DNA of 64,000 nt, from assembly GCF_009914755.1 (NCBI RefSeq), contig NC_060927.1; one strand, 5' to 3'. The notes below the pieces were generated by a model that was not told where the DNA came from, searched no databases, and was given only the letters and a program-made list of their open reading frames with translations. The position numbers and the translations under genes are program-made. This document shows positions 1 to 15,060 of this stretch, piece by piece (position 1 is the stretch's first letter; each line of letters opens with the position of its first letter). The DNA comes from the human T2T-CHM13v2.0 reference genome, Homo sapiens.

Positions 1-1465
1 AAGGAGTGTTTCTCTACAATTTTTCTTCTGCCTTAACATGCAAGATAGCTGGTATTCATACAAAGGACAAACAGCGTGGACATACATAGCTTTAGTGTCA
101 TTAGCTATTTACTCCACTTTTTTCTTCCTACTCACTCAAAAAAGCATACTGAAATGCAAGAAACTGAAAGGCATGTAAGACTAGAACTCATTTATTAGAA
201 ACAGTAATCAAATTTTTACTGACTGCTATTATTAACAAATTATTGGTATAATCGTGTATCAAGATACTATAGTTAAAAACCCATTGGACTACAAGATAAA
301 CCCAAACTACTCAATTTGATATCCGTAGTACTAGCCTAACTCATTTTTTGCTCCTTCTTCAATTATATTTGCCTCCGAAGGGAAAGAATACAAATCACGC
401 AGGAGGGGAGAATTTCTTAGCAGGGAAGAACACGTAGAGATATGGGAAACCAGAGAGCAACAGACCTCTGGACTCCACAGTTCATCTAAGGCTGGTTTGG
501 ATCCATGAGTCTTCTCATACATTCAACGGACTATCTTAACTAGGCTTTCTTACATTATTGACAGTGTTTCAGTTTATTACTTTGATAAAATAATAGAATT
601 TAAAATATGGATCTGTGACATAGTTAAGTCACTATACTTGTTAGTAACTCAGGAGATTATAGGTTTATAATTTAAATTTCATAGTCATGTACATTTTTTA
701 CTACCATGTGAACTTTCGGAGGGGCAGAAAGTCGCAATCAAATAAGTAGATTTCAGTTATTAATATTAGATTTGATTACCTTATGTATTTTTAATAAAAA
801 TATAAAGAATTCTACACCTATGAGATTTATAAAAATAAGATTAATTACTATATCTGCAGGTAGAGTAATTCATCAGAGCAGAGAACTGATGAATTACTGT
901 CTCTAAGATAATTTATCTTTGAAAATTCTGTTCTAAGCTGAATGTGTAAAATTTCCCATCCATTTTTATAGCAGAGCACTTTTCTTAGCCACGGATTTAG
1001 TAAAACTAGAATATCTTGTGCACAAATGTCTAAGTTCTGATAAAGAAAATCTCACATTCTTAAATTCCACATACATCTTTTTAATATAGGTTTTTCTTTC
1101 TAGGTTTAATTTTCTTTCTAAGCCCTCATTTGATAATTATATGTCACCTTGAGTATGCTTTTTGATGAAGTTTTCTGTCTTCCTAGCTAAATTATGGTTT
1201 CTTTAGAGGAGCAAATATGTATTCTATTCTTTGTCTCCTGAATATATAGCACAGTGCTTTGAGGATAGTAAGGCAAATTTAGTTTAGAGGAAACTCATTT
1301 TGAGAGGAAAATTTATTAGCTATTTTTTCAAAGTGACAAAACCATTATCAACCAACAAATATTCAGATGCAAACACTCTCCTAGGTATAGCATATGTTTT
1401 GCGACACTTGCCCTCAAAGTCCTTTTACAGAGACAAGCCACATACCCAAGGCGGATTTATAAAAT

Positions 1466-1680
1466 ACCTAAATGAGTGAAATATATATATATAATATATA
1501 TTAATATTTAATACAAAAGACCTAAATGAGTGAAATATATGTGTACAGTTATATATTATATAATTTTAATTATATTTAATTATATACAATTAAATTATAT
1601 ATTAAATTATATATTTAATTATATATTTAATATATATAATTAACTATATATTTCACTCATTTAGGTCTTTTGCATTAAAT
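1466..1680. repeat. AT-rich inverted repeat (35-bp arms 1506-1540 / 1646-1680) plus a direct partial arm copy at 1466-1486
   Basis: ATTTAATACAAAAGACCTAAATGAGTGAAATATAT matches the reverse complement of 1646-1680 at 34/35; the 105-bp spacer is almost all A/T. Confidence 0.9.
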
Positions 1681-3118
1681 GATATTTTCTATAATTTTAG
1701 TATATAGAATAAGTAGAGATTTTTTAAAGATGACTTTACAAAAAGATTATCCTTGAACTTGTACATTAGGTAAAGAGACAGTTTGAGCTCATTGATCCTG
1801 TGAGAAAAGGCTTCCCCAGGCACAGGTTTACATGTATTTAAATGTATCACTAATATTACTTTGAGAACTAGACTCCTCTTTTTTTTTCTATTGAACAACT
1901 ATACTTAATAAGAAATCATGCACATTTTGTAATGTAGTTTCATATTTACAAAAAACTCAAATTAGAATCATGGAAGTACGGTAACAAATTTACTGCTACT
2001 TTTGCTTTGTCAAGTAGAGAAGTTCAAAGGCCAGAAATTGAAGAAAAATAGTGGTAAAGGCCACTATTTACAAAAATAAATGAAAATAAATTGTATCCAT
2101 GATAATGTACAATATTTCAATAGTCTTGCACTGTCATGGCTAAGTCTTGTGAGATAAGAACAAAGGCCTCTGATTTGCAATTTTAGTTTTACTAAATTAC
2201 AAAGGGAAACTAAAGTTCTGGGAGCTCTAACCCTAGATCTTATATCATTTGGATGCCAGTTCTAGTCTATTTGAATTCCAAACCCATATTCTTTCCACTT
2301 CACTGTATTAAAGTTTACCTGGCCACCTATGCATACATGCATATGTATGTGCACACACACACAGGTTTAATTTTCTTTCAGGTTCGGGGAACAATTTTGG
2401 CATCAGAGATTTCTCTCGGTTGATCAATACTATGTTAAAAATTACATAATAAAAATTCCTGCTTTTCCTGTTGCATCTTTGCATTTCTACAGTCATAAAT
2501 ATTATTTACGCATTTATATATTCTGCTAGGTACTGAGGATAAAGAAGACAGTCCCTATATTCTAGGAACTTACTGACCGATTGAGAAAAACAAGTATGTG
2601 AACAAATATATACTACAGATAATTAAGATGAAATTAGTTTTCAGGTTCAAGGAAGAAATAACAAGGATGAGTGGACAATTCATTATATGGGAGCTCCAGT
2701 AAACTGGAGCCTCTGCCTTCTGAAATCTGTTCTTTGTTTGCTGTAGAGATAAGACAGTCTTATTACAGGGTCCTTTTCATAACTACAGTTTACCAAGTTC
2801 TTGGAAGGTGTCCAGCAGTGACCTCTCAAATGATGAATTTAGCTCTTTTTCTTGTGCCTTTCTTTAGCCTATACATAATTCTGTCATAGATGTTGAAACA
2901 TTTTAGTCTTTATTACTTATTTCTTTATATGTTCTAACTTATCTAGACTTGCACCCTAAAGCCAGTGTCTTTATTCTCTGTTTAGCTAAATCCTAACACA
3001 AAATCAGGCTTATATAAGGCATCCAATAAATACTCGATAAAGTAAATGAAATAAATATGCAGCATTTGACAGTTTATAGTTTATAAATCCTTCTACAAAG
3101 TATGTGACATATTTAATT

Positions 3119-3206
3119 CATATATATGAATACATATGTATATACACACATATATGTAGGTATATGTATATGCGTGTATGTGTACATATATATACACAAT
3201 ATATAT
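3119..3206. repeat. Degenerate (TA)n/(TG)n/(CA)n simple repeat
   Basis: Alternating purine-pyrimidine TATATG/TACACA units. Confidence 0.8.
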
Positions 3207-4929
3207 TTATCATTATTATTTTAGTACAAGGAAGAAGTTGCATAAATAAGCAATATTTCATCTGAATTACTGAATTTTTAAAAATTCTAATAGTAATAAG
3301 CAAGATAGATCAAAGACTAATACATTTATTTTCATCTATTAGGAAAGTGATGCTTAGAGAGTTTGTTATTAAGGCAAGTTTGGGTGGAAAGCCAGAACTA
3401 GGGCATAGGTTTACTGACTCCCAGATCAATGCCCCTCCATTTTACTACACTAGTAAATGCACTAACACAGGAAATAAGAATAATAACACCTATTTGTTCC
3501 TTTCACCCAAGGTTCTCAGCATGCCTTGCTAATTGTATCTACAGTCAGAGAAAATAAAGCTCTTACCCCTTCAGGATTTTGTCTAATTCATTCTGCAGAC
3601 AGTGGCTGAGCCCAAAATACAGCCCTTCTTTCATTTTGATCAAAAGATCATATTGGTTATACCAACCTATTAGTGTCTAGAGAAGCTGTGAGTTAAATTT
3701 CTGTGCTTCAAAGGATAAAAAGCATTATTTCTGTTTTGAGATGGTATTAAAAAAAAAAGATTCTGCATGTAGGAGGTTCATTCAGCACACACACTTCTAA
3801 CATACTTTTAAATCTATCTTAAAATAGAAATCTGTCTAGTTCCTCTGGATCTCTTATAAATTGCTAATGTCAATGCTAAGAATATGTTATTTAGTTTGAA
3901 CTTTTAAAAGCAGTATGGTTTATAAGTTAAGAATTATTACATAGGATCTCAATTAGATAATGCAAATGTTAGCGTTTAAGTGCTTATATTTTTCATCCTT
4001 ATATCAGTTTTGGGAGATCATATTTATAAAAGATTGTTGTCATACTGCAGCCGTTCTTTAATTCAGTTCTTTGGAGTAAGTGATGAATATGATCAAGCAT
4101 TTATAGATAATATTTCTGGAAATAAATATGTGTAATAAGGTTACATAATGAATCAGATTAGAAATAACAATTATAGCTAAAATGGTGGAGAAAGGTTTAC
4201 ATACTTGAAACTTGTGGGGTTAAACATACTATAAAATATACATATTTTATAAATTTTAAATCTTACTCTTTGAGCCTTTGACTCAAAGCCTCTATCTCAT
4301 CTATATTTATTCAACTATTGCTTCTTTATTATATAGGTACTTTGGTTTCTGCAGATCTAAGATAATTCTCCTTTTCAGAAATTATTACATAATAATCTAA
4401 TATTTAATTGGATTCCCAAATAGCCCGATTGGTTATAGCGGCAAAAATAATGAAATTGTTGTTTTCTGGTTTAAGTACTGACACTGTTACATTATCTAAT
4501 TTATTAATCTATAAAACTCTTTGGGAGTCTCTAGTTGGTAAGTTGGGACTTACTGCTCGATCTTTAATGACACCTGTTAACTTTCAGAGCTGGTTGCTCC
4601 CCATAATGTGATCCTTTCTGTCAAGAACATCCATTCCAACACCAGTCCTCGGTCTGCAGCATTTTCTAAGATGAGCACAATTGGCCAATCAATTTAATAA
4701 TTATAATTATTAAGTACCTTAAATATGACAATAGTATTGTGTTAATTGCAAGAATATAAACATTACATGCCATGTTCTCAAAGAACTTATTAACAGAAGA
4801 CAGAGCATGTTTAGCACAGCTACTGTACAGGAAAGTTCATGGCAAACAAATTAAAGGGTATATAAATTGAACAGGAATACATTTTAAAAAGCTAGATGTA
4901 AGATTCAGAGACAGTACAACGTATTAGTT

Positions 4930-5175
4930 TTGAATATTGTTTCTCTATCCAGACTACATCCGTTTAAATTACAACTTAGCTAATTAGTTGTTGAGTGATT
5001 TTGGGCAAGTTACTTGAACGTGCTAACAGATATTTATTATGTGTTACTTCTTTATTTATAAACTAGTGATAATAGTATATATGTACTTCAAAGATTTATT
5101 GTTAGAATTAAATAAGTAAATATATGTAATAGTGTCTGGCACATGGAAAGACTGTATGAGTGTTAGCTTTTATTA
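4930..5175 (+). mobile_element. MIR SINE
   Basis: MIR core-like TTGGGCAAGTTACTT and 3' part AGTGTCTGGCACATGG...GTTAGCTTTTATTA. Confidence 0.65.
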
Positions 5176-6076
5176 GTAGTAGCACTATATCTAAGAATAA
5201 GTAAGATAATAATGTATTGTACATGAAGTGTTTAACAGAATGCTGTTTTATAGTAACCAGTCAAAAATGTTACTTTATTATCAGCATTATTTTATGTGCT
5301 GGATTGCTGTGCTGTTTTGAGAAAAGTAAACCAAACCAAATCAAACCAAATGAAAAAATATATGCACAGAATGAGTAAGGACTGATAGATTCATACAACT
5401 CTTCATCTAATTAAAAAACAAATAATATGTTTTGATGTGTTTAAGAGATAGATTTTGAAAGTTATATGGAAAAGGGGATGAGGGATGGTCTAGGAAATTA
5501 ATACCAGAGTACGTCTCAGGGTGAGACACACAAAAGTAAATAAAAACCACCAGATCTGGTATTGCTTCTGTATTCTGGCTGTGCTGAAAGTCAACTCCCA
5601 ATATTAAACCTTAATCAGTTGCCATATGCTGGCAAAATAACTATTTTTATTCCCTGAAAAATGGCATAAGGTCTATAAATGGTAAGATGAGTGCTAAAAA
5701 AGAAAAACAAAGCCACTACAACCTAGAACTTCCCCTCCCTCCCAAAATAGCAAACAAAAATGAATATAACATTCTAAGTAAGATTGCATGTATTTATGCC
5801 TCCAACAAAGACTTGTAAGATACATCTCTGTTAACTTGACTATTTGGAAGAGAAGTCAAATGAATTTTGGAGAATGACAATGGGTTATCATAAACATAAC
5901 CACTAGCAATTCCAATTTCTGTTACTATTCTAGATCTGTTCTCTTTATTGGAACAAATCAGTGCAGCATCTGGTAACTGGTATGCAACTACTGAGTTAGT
6001 GAATGCTTTATTTTCTATGCTTAAAGACTACCAAAAGAGTTTTGAATTCATTTGGCAGAGTTAGCAGTACTCCTAC

Positions 6077-6580
6077 TGTCTTAGTCCATTTGGGCTGCTA
6101 TAACAAAATACCATAAAGTGGATAGCCTATAAACAACAGAGATTTATTTCTTACAGTTCTGCCCACTGGGAAGTCCAAGATCAAGACACTAGCATGTTCA
6201 AAGTCTGGTGAGAGCCTGTTCCTTTTTGCATAGATGACATATTTTTTGCTACAGCCTCATATGGTGGAAAAGGAGGAAAATTTCCCTTAGGCCCCTTTTT
6301 ATTTTTTTGCAGATAGGGGTCTCACTGCTTTGCCCTGAGCGGGCTTAAATTTATGATCCTCCCACCTCAGTCTCCCAAGTAGCTGGGACTACAGGAGTGT
6401 GCCACCATGCCTCACTATCTTTAGCCTCTTTTATAAGGGCACGAATCTCATTACAAAGTCTCTGTCTTCATGACCTGATCCACCTTCCAAAAGGCCCCAC
6501 CTCCTAATATCATCACCTTGAGGGCTAGGATTTCAACATAGGAATTTGGGAACACACAAACATTCAGATTATACAAAGCA
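6077..6580 (-). mobile_element. MLT1A-like MaLR solo LTR interrupted by an Alu monomer
   Basis: TG...CA ends (TGTCTTAGTCCATTTGGGCTGCTATAACAAAATACC); exact 5-bp TSD CCTAC at 6072-6076 and 6581-6585. Confidence 0.85.
6296..6415 (-). mobile_element. Alu monomer (FLAM/FAM-like)
   Basis: T-rich tail then GATCCTCCCACCTCAGTCTCCCAAGTAGCTGGGACTACAGG. Confidence 0.8.
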
Positions 6581-6752
6581 CCTACTCTTTCTAAATTCTA
6601 ACTTGTCAGGTTTTCTGTCATAAGCTAATCTCCAGGGATTTTGCTTAGTCTGCCATTTCTTAGAACATCATGCTGATCTGCTACACCTAAACGTATCATA
6701 CATATTAGATTTGGTGAGTAGGACTTAGTAAATAACCCATGCACATGGTGAC

Positions 6753-7430
<678 letters not shown>

Positions 7431-8369
7431 GTGAGTTACATGCATGCCAGAGAGTAGGAGATAAACACATTAGAAATTTAGGGGATGGGACCTCAGTGGT
7501 GGAAGAAATGGTGCACATTACGGTGGCAAGAGGAAGAGTAGGTCACAGCAGGCATTATGGAAATTTGAGTGGGGCCTTAAAGAGTGGATGAGTCTTTTGT
7601 TGTTAGAGATGGGGGAAAGTGATGCATTTCTAGTAGAGAGAAAAATATGGGGGAAAAACATGGAAATGAGAGAGTGGAGCAGCACCAAAGCTGTTTTGCA
7701 AATGCACAGTAAAAACTGGAAAATAATGTAACTGGAAATGAAGCTGAAAAGGCAAGCTGGGTCTTGAATTGCCAAGCTAAGAGTTTGAGTGTTATTTTTG
7801 ATAATGAGGTGTGCATTTGAGCTAGAGGAAATGTTTCCATAGACCTGTTATCCTGCAAGAAAATGCAGGAACTGACAGGAGGAAGTGGGTATGAGGGGAA
7901 CATCCTATCATTTTTTCCCTTCCCCAACTCACTGACCTCAGGAGTCTGGTAGATTTTTATTGACTCCAAGGTAAGAGCTGCACCTTTAATTGAACACTTA
8001 CAAAAATCGGGTAGGTTCCTTTACCTAGACTTCTAAAATCTCAAGTTGTAGAAAAAAAGACATAATTCCAAATCACACTTTCATGAATGATAATATCCAC
8101 TGCTATGGCAGTTGCTCTGTCTGTTAGTTTTTAACTCTTTGAATAGCCAATCCCTTAAAAAGAGAAATTATTATAGCAAATTACAATAGCAAATTATTGA
8201 TTGGATTTCTTACATAGAAATGGCCTGAAAGAAAAGGAATTGTTGATATTTGTGCTTTGTAATGAAATGTTTTCCTTAGTGGGCTATATAGAAAGATGTC
8301 ACTGGTCCACTCTCAAGGATATTTGCAGTTTAATAGACTTCTCTTGGTTGCAGAAGGAGTAATAGCGAT

Positions 8370-8630
8370 AGTGACAGTGGTAGTAATAGTAGTGGTAATA
8401 TTATAGGTCATATTTATTTTGAATTTCCATGTCAGAAATAGTCCTCTCAATCCTGCCAACTACAGCCCTATGAAGTACTTGCTATTATTATTCCTATTTT
8501 ACAGATGAGGAACCTGTTGAACAGAAAAGTCTCTGACCATAATCAAGGTCACACAGTCAGAAGGCATCCCAGCAGACACTCCACACTAGCCAATGTGGAT
8601 TCAGAGACTGCACCCTTGATTACTGTGTTG
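8370..8630 (-). mobile_element. MIR SINE
   Basis: ATTATTCCTATTTTACAGATGAGGAAC...CAAGGTCACACAG core. Confidence 0.7.
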
Positions 8631-11535
8631 TTTGATGATACTAGTGGTATGATTCATCATTCATAGAAATATAATAAGTCTTAGACATAATTACTGGAAA
8701 CAGATTAGAGTTGTTTGTGTTTGTTTGTTTTTGATGGGTGAAAATAATTAGCCTATATTTAAATATGTGATCTCTGCCCTATTTGAATGTTTCTCTAATG
8801 CCAGCCATAATGAATCATAAAGGTGAATATGAATTATTATCATTCCTTCTTTTTAATCAAGTCACAACAGTTGTTAGTCATTTTTTAAAGTTTATGGCAT
8901 TATTTTGAAAAGTATAGTTAATGTACAATTTCACGATTATTCTGAAGTCTTGACTTTTTGGTCAATTTACTTCCAATATAGACTTCCTTGCATTACACAA
9001 AGGACTTTACTTTAGATTAAAGTGTTTGGCCTTGTGACCAGTTATGTTAACACTTTGTTCTCTGTACTTCACGTTAATGCTATTGCATTTGTTACAGACA
9101 TGTGATTGTGTGGCTTTTGATTTTTATTTTTCTGTGTTCAAATATTTAAACCTCATTTGTGAATCCTGTTTTTAGTTCCATCATATAAGATAGCTCAGGG
9201 CTGGGCCCAGTCAATCCCTCTAAATTCTAATCATCATAATTCTTATCTTGTTTGATAAAGGTATAAATTATGCCTAAAGGACAGTGTTCCTATGCCAGAA
9301 ATAGGGAGGACCAATTAGTAAATGAATGACTCATCTTTTTGTGTATAATTTCCACAGTCTAATTTTGCTTAACAATGCCTCATGCTTTAATCATGAGGTT
9401 AGTGTATTAAAGCAATGGTTGATTTTTGGCTCCTCCCATATACTGTATGACATGATATGCTAATATATTCAGAAACCTAGGAATAGTTTCATTTATTGCT
9501 AGTGGTAATGGCCAATAATCAAGGCATAACTTCATAATAAGAAATTCACTTTCAGAATGAAAACACATCTAAAATAAGAAGTTTTAAATTTTCTAATTGT
9601 TGTCCTCTCCTGCAGATGATAGTTAAACTATTTTGTCAGCTATGATTTATAAGTACAGTACTCATTATGTTCCTATTCCTTTATATTTTACTATATTCTT
9701 TTTACCTTTCTCAAATGGGACATTTCCTCAAGATAATGTATATAATTATTCTCATTAAAAACTGGTAAACCTAGAGAAAATACTCTGTATTTTATTACTT
9801 AGCAAGTCTTTACCAAACAGGTGATTTTTGAAAACATTTAATACTCTTGTAATAATTAAAGCCTTTTTGTTTCATTCCAATAACATTTCTTAACATTTCT
9901 CTCCAGGTGAGTACATTTTGTGTTTTTAAGCTAAAAAAATGCAACACGGCCTGCCATATATCATATTTGTTATTAAATGGCTCAAAATTTTAATTATATT
10001 TTTATGTTGGAATGCAAGCATGTATTGCAGAAATCTGAGGTCACTTTTAAAGTTCAAGAGACTTTTCAGAATGGTAAAATGAATATAAACTTTAAAAGAA
10101 ATGTCAATGTTATTCGATACAATTACTGTTAAAAATGAAATAGTTAAGGATAACATGTTTTGAAAATTAAAAAGGAAAAGGGAAAACAAAATTATATTGC
10201 TTTTCTGGTGTTGTTATGTTGATATTGTTGTAATTTTACAAGGTTTGCTATATGTTAATTTTTTTCCTTTCTTTATTTTCTCTTCTTTTTACGTAAAAAA
10301 TGTTGCTGTATTCCACTATGTAATGGACAATTAAGTATTAGAACCAGCTGTTTCATCTCTGAATCTTTTGCTTATCATTGCTGGGCAAGAAGCAATCTTC
10401 AGTGGGACAAAATGAGAGTTAATGTTATAAAATAAAAACAAATCAGAGAAAGTGAAAGGCTTTTTGGGCAGACAAGCCTTACGGATTAAGAACGAAAAGG
10501 GCCAAGTTTAGGTCCCAAGTTCATGAAAAAATTTATTCTGATTACATGGACATCTTATGGCTTCTGAAATAATTATTTAAGCATGTAACATATATAGTTT
10601 GGCTTCTCATTAAGGAGTAAAGAATTGAAAAGTTCTTTAGCGGAGAGTTGAATAGAGTACATGAATCTGGCATTTTAATAGAAAAATATTGCTAGCACCT
10701 ATGAGGTTTTCCATTTTATGTTGATTGGCTTGCCTCAACTCATTTTTGGTTGTTTGCTTTTTGGCTAGCACCTTCATGAATCAGAACTTTCCATATATGG
10801 AGGTTATTCAGCATGTCCTTTGTGAGTAATGGTTACAGGTATAAGGTGCATACAGGTAGATGTGAAGAAGGCAGTGGAGGATAACAGGAAAATGGAAGAG
10901 AATGAGGAAATGTATGGTCCTGTGGAAGAAACACTGGAATTAAGGTCAGAGTTCTCAGCTTTAAATTCATTCTGCACCCTTCTAAGAGTAACTGTGGACA
11001 ATTTCTTTAATCTTCTTTTGAGGTTCACTTTCTCCATCAGCCTGTAGGAGAATACAGGGTCTGAAAAAAAAATCCTTGAGATGCTTGCCTCATAGGCTCC
11101 TACATCAGATGATGTGTGATGGTGGCTTGTAAGTGGGGACACATTATTTAGATATTAGGGGGTATTTGCAAACGAGTGCTGCAAAATTTGGAGCTCCTAA
11201 TACATATTCCAAAATGTCTAATAGTTTCTCTGAAACATAAATATTTATGGTGAAAAAAAACTTATGAAATCCTAGGTACAGTTTGGATGACTCAGTTTTA
11301 ACAAAACATCAACTATTTCCTATGTACTTCCCCAAACATAAGAGTTAACTACAAAATAAAATAACCTGTCTTTCTTCTTAGATTTCTATAAGAAACTTTC
11401 AATGCTGTTGATTTGTTCATTGGCTGATTTTACATGTTCTCGTTTTCTTTTTATAAAGCATATGTAGGAAGAAAGAAATCTGAATTAAGATTTATGCTTT
11501 CTTGTATTATTTTTGTTTAAGCCGGCATCAATTGC

Positions 11536-11860
11536 GGGCAAGGCTGAATCCAGGTTTTGGGGGCCTGAAGCTTAATCAATGTGGAGGACCTCTTTGAGGA
11601 AAAGCATGCAAAATTACAAATACAAAATTAGGTATGAAAGTGGAATTTCATGTAGAATGAGAGAACAAATTAAAATAAATCACATCCCTTTTTCTCGGAT
11701 CTTTTTTGGCTATTTATTGGAAATGCTTACATAAAAATGCTTCATGATTACAAGCTGACTTTCCCTCCTCATGTGGAATTTTACAAACCCCAGCAACTCC
11801 TAGCAGCCACATGGGCTGGTACAAGGTTTATCTGACCCTGGCTGTGAAGAAAATCTGTTA
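11536..11860. mobile_element. hAT-Tip100 DNA transposon fragment (Zaphod/MER115-like)
   Basis: ATCCAGGTTTTGGGGGCCTGAAGCTTA...AAAATTACAAATACAAAATTAGGTATGAAAG resembles the remembered terminal consensus; right boundary approximate. Confidence 0.5.
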
Positions 11861-12227
11861 AGCTCCCTTTGCTCTCGTTTCTCTTCATTGGGGCTACCAA
11901 AGCACCCCACACAACTCTTTAAAAAGCAAGAGAAGACACTTTTTGAAGGATTACAATCTTTTACCCCTTCAGTGTAACCGCTAAGTGTTACCAGGCAACG
12001 ATCACCCAAGGGTTCTTCATATAGTTTTTTGTTTGTTTTTACCTATGAATTTTAATAAAATTTCCTAGAGGTTAGACAAGGAGGCTTTGAATGATCAATT
12101 GCTTTCTACCTCAAGGAGATTTGTATTTTGTTTTGTTTTCCAACTACCCTTCTTCCTTCCTCCTCAAGGCTGGTGCAGGCTTCATTTACTTATTTATTTT
12201 TAGTCTCTTTAATTTCATGGCATATAG

Positions 12228-12360
12228 TAGTCATTCTCAAACTTGGCTGCACATCATCTGGAGAGCTTTCAAAACTGCTCACGTGCAGTTACACTCCCAG
12301 AGATTATTATTTAATTAGTCTGGGGTGATTTTACCATGCAGCTAAAGTTGATAACCATTG
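12228..12360. mobile_element. MER5 (hAT-Charlie MITE), internally deleted
   Basis: TIR-like TTCTCAAACTTGGCTGCACAT ... ATGCAGCTAAAGTTGATAACCATTG. Confidence 0.75.
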
Positions 12361-13817
12361 TCTAAGATCCCAACAATCTATATTTCCTTAAGATCGATCT
12401 TTATTTTTTTTAAAGGGGCAGAAATGGCTGAAAAGTCTAGTGGTAAATATGCATATAAGGCCCATTAATTTGACACTGTTTTGTTTAAAAATAAGATGGC
12501 TGCTGGGTTATTTCCAAATAGTGAAGATAATTGTTATCTTACTGAATAATTCTTAAAATCAATTTGGACATTGCAATATCCTCTTAACCACTGAAAACAG
12601 GCAGAATTTAGAGATTAACTTCACTCTGGTCTTTAGATTTACTAACTTTTCAAACTTTATTGAAACTAGATGGCTCCATTTATCAGGCTAGAAGTTTTTG
12701 GTTTTTTAAGATTTCTTAAAACTTTATACTTGATGATCCCTTTACTTGAGGAGAGTCAGTGGCAGATCAGAGAGTACAGAGCAGGGTAAACATAAAAGAG
12801 AGGGCTGAAAGCTGTGCTATACAGTAGAATGGCTCTAGGATGGGGAAGGACAAATGGGAAAGTTGGTGCGAGGTACTGATTCTAAAGTCCAGTCAGACAT
12901 TCTGCCAAGTTAGAGGATGTGAGCAAGTTTCTCTGTCATTCTGTGCAGGGAATGACAGTGTAAAGATTTACCTTCTGAAATAAATCTGTTATTTCAGTGA
13001 TGGGACTAAGGTGAAGAGATACCTTTTTAGGTGTTCTCAACAACCCAGCAACTGAGGTGTGATGCTGAGTGTTTTTATTAGACTTTTTGATGTGAGTAGA
13101 TGTGTACAACCAGAGGGCATGTTTTTTTCCAGAATGAGGCAGGATTCTGTAGTGGCCGGGACTGAAGCAAAGGACACATCCTTTTGTGAGTAACACAATC
13201 AATTTAGGATGTTGTGACCAGCACTTAAAAATAAATGAAATTTAATAGAACTGGTAGAAAGTGCTGTGGGGTAACTGCTGCTTCACAGAACTTAAATGGA
13301 TCAACCTAGACTCAGAGTGTGTGGAATGAACTTCCAACTAAGCGTACTTAAGAGAGAAGAAACATAGAACAAAGGGAATCCTCACAGTAGCTTGGTACTT
13401 TTAGTTCTAGAATATCTGAACAAAAGCTAAGAGTTGTGAGTAGGGTAGTGGAAGGCTGGGGATTATTTCAAGTGCCTCCTCTGGGACTTAGGAAGAAAAT
13501 GGGCGAAGTATGGTATTTTGATAGGGTACTGTGGAAATAGGATGTCTTGGTAGAGAAAACAGTGCATCTTGGTATAAGAAAAAGTTTTACTGTTTCGAAT
13601 ATTAGTGAAGAATGAAGGTAGCCACTAAAGGAGGAAAAAAAATATACCAGGATGTCCACATTTCTAAGAGGAAAAAGAAGAATATATAGCAGCTTGATTA
13701 AACCAACCATACTAAGAAAATAGGTAACAATGTATGATAAATGATAAACATAAAATAAGATTTAAAAAGTAAAATAAATTATTTAAATCATTGAAAAAAT
13801 GTTTAAGGCAATTCTTC

Positions 13818-14237
13818 TGTCAACCTAAAGAAAAGAACTGAGGCAAAATTAATATAAGTTGAGAGTTTATTTGGGCCACGTTTGAGGACTGCAGCCTGGG
13901 AGCATCGTTTCAAGTTGCCCTGAATATACACCCTAATTAACCACAGCTATAAGAAGGTTTTTAAAGGAAAAGAGGAGACAGTTCCTAAGTGGTTTACCAA
14001 AAATTTATATTAAAATAACATAAGCTATTATTGGCTATACATTGTTCTTTGTATCACAAATTTCAGGAACATGAAGATAATGGGTGAGGCAGCTGCTGAG
14101 GACCAAAATTACTTTAAACAATGACCCCTGAACATGGGGAGAATGTGACTGAAGTACCTACTCTTGTCTCTCTGGACCTGATACATTTTGAATACCTCAC
14201 ATAGCTCAGAACACTCTGAGCTATTTTCCTTTTCTCA
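13818..14237 (-). mobile_element. ERV1 MER4-group solo LTR (LTR54/LTR56-like)
   Basis: TG...CA termini, exact 4-bp TSD CTTC (13814-13817 / 14238-14241); minus strand starts TGAGAAAAGGAAAATAGCTCAGAG. Confidence 0.8.
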
Positions 14238-14360
14238 CTTCTGTTGAAAGGAAAAGGGACAATAAGCTAAATAAAAACAGAAACAAAAATTCCAGTTAAA
14301 TACAGCTTATAAAAATAATTGAACAAAGTAATAAATTATGCCAGTAAAAAAGACATATCT

Positions 14361-14705
<345 letters not shown>

Positions 14706-14759
14706 CTATTTTAGGTAGTTGGATGATTTCAACCTGAGTGTTATGTACTTAGTTGGTTG

Positions 14760-15060
14760 ATTCACTTATTCTTTCATTTATTCAACAAATATTTATTAAA
14801 ATCCTTAATGTTTTTCAAGTACTGGGGAAAATGTGTGCATTACAAAGAAAATAAGATAAACAATTCCTGATTTCATGGTGTCTACATTCTAATGGAGTAG
14901 ATAAGTAATAAACTATTTAGTAAGCCAAAAATAACTTCCTGCTATAATAAGAGTTCTGCGGGAAAGAGACGGGGTGCTTGCTATAGAATAACAGGAGGTG
15001 ACATAATGTAGAAGGTGTGATCAGGGAAGGTTACTGAGAAAGTGACATTTAGTTGAATTC
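14760..15060 (-). mobile_element. L2 LINE 3' fragment
   Basis: TTCATTTATTCAACAAATATTTATT L2 terminal motif and following body similarity. Confidence 0.7.

Noticed and set aside
331-522. 63-aa minus-strand ORF in a slightly GC-richer patch
   Set aside because: No recognisable homology or convincing splice signals; length is within chance.
4680-4713. Palindromes ATTGGCCAAT and TTAATAATTATAATTATTAA
   Set aside because: Short or low-complexity; plausible by chance or slippage in AT-rich DNA.
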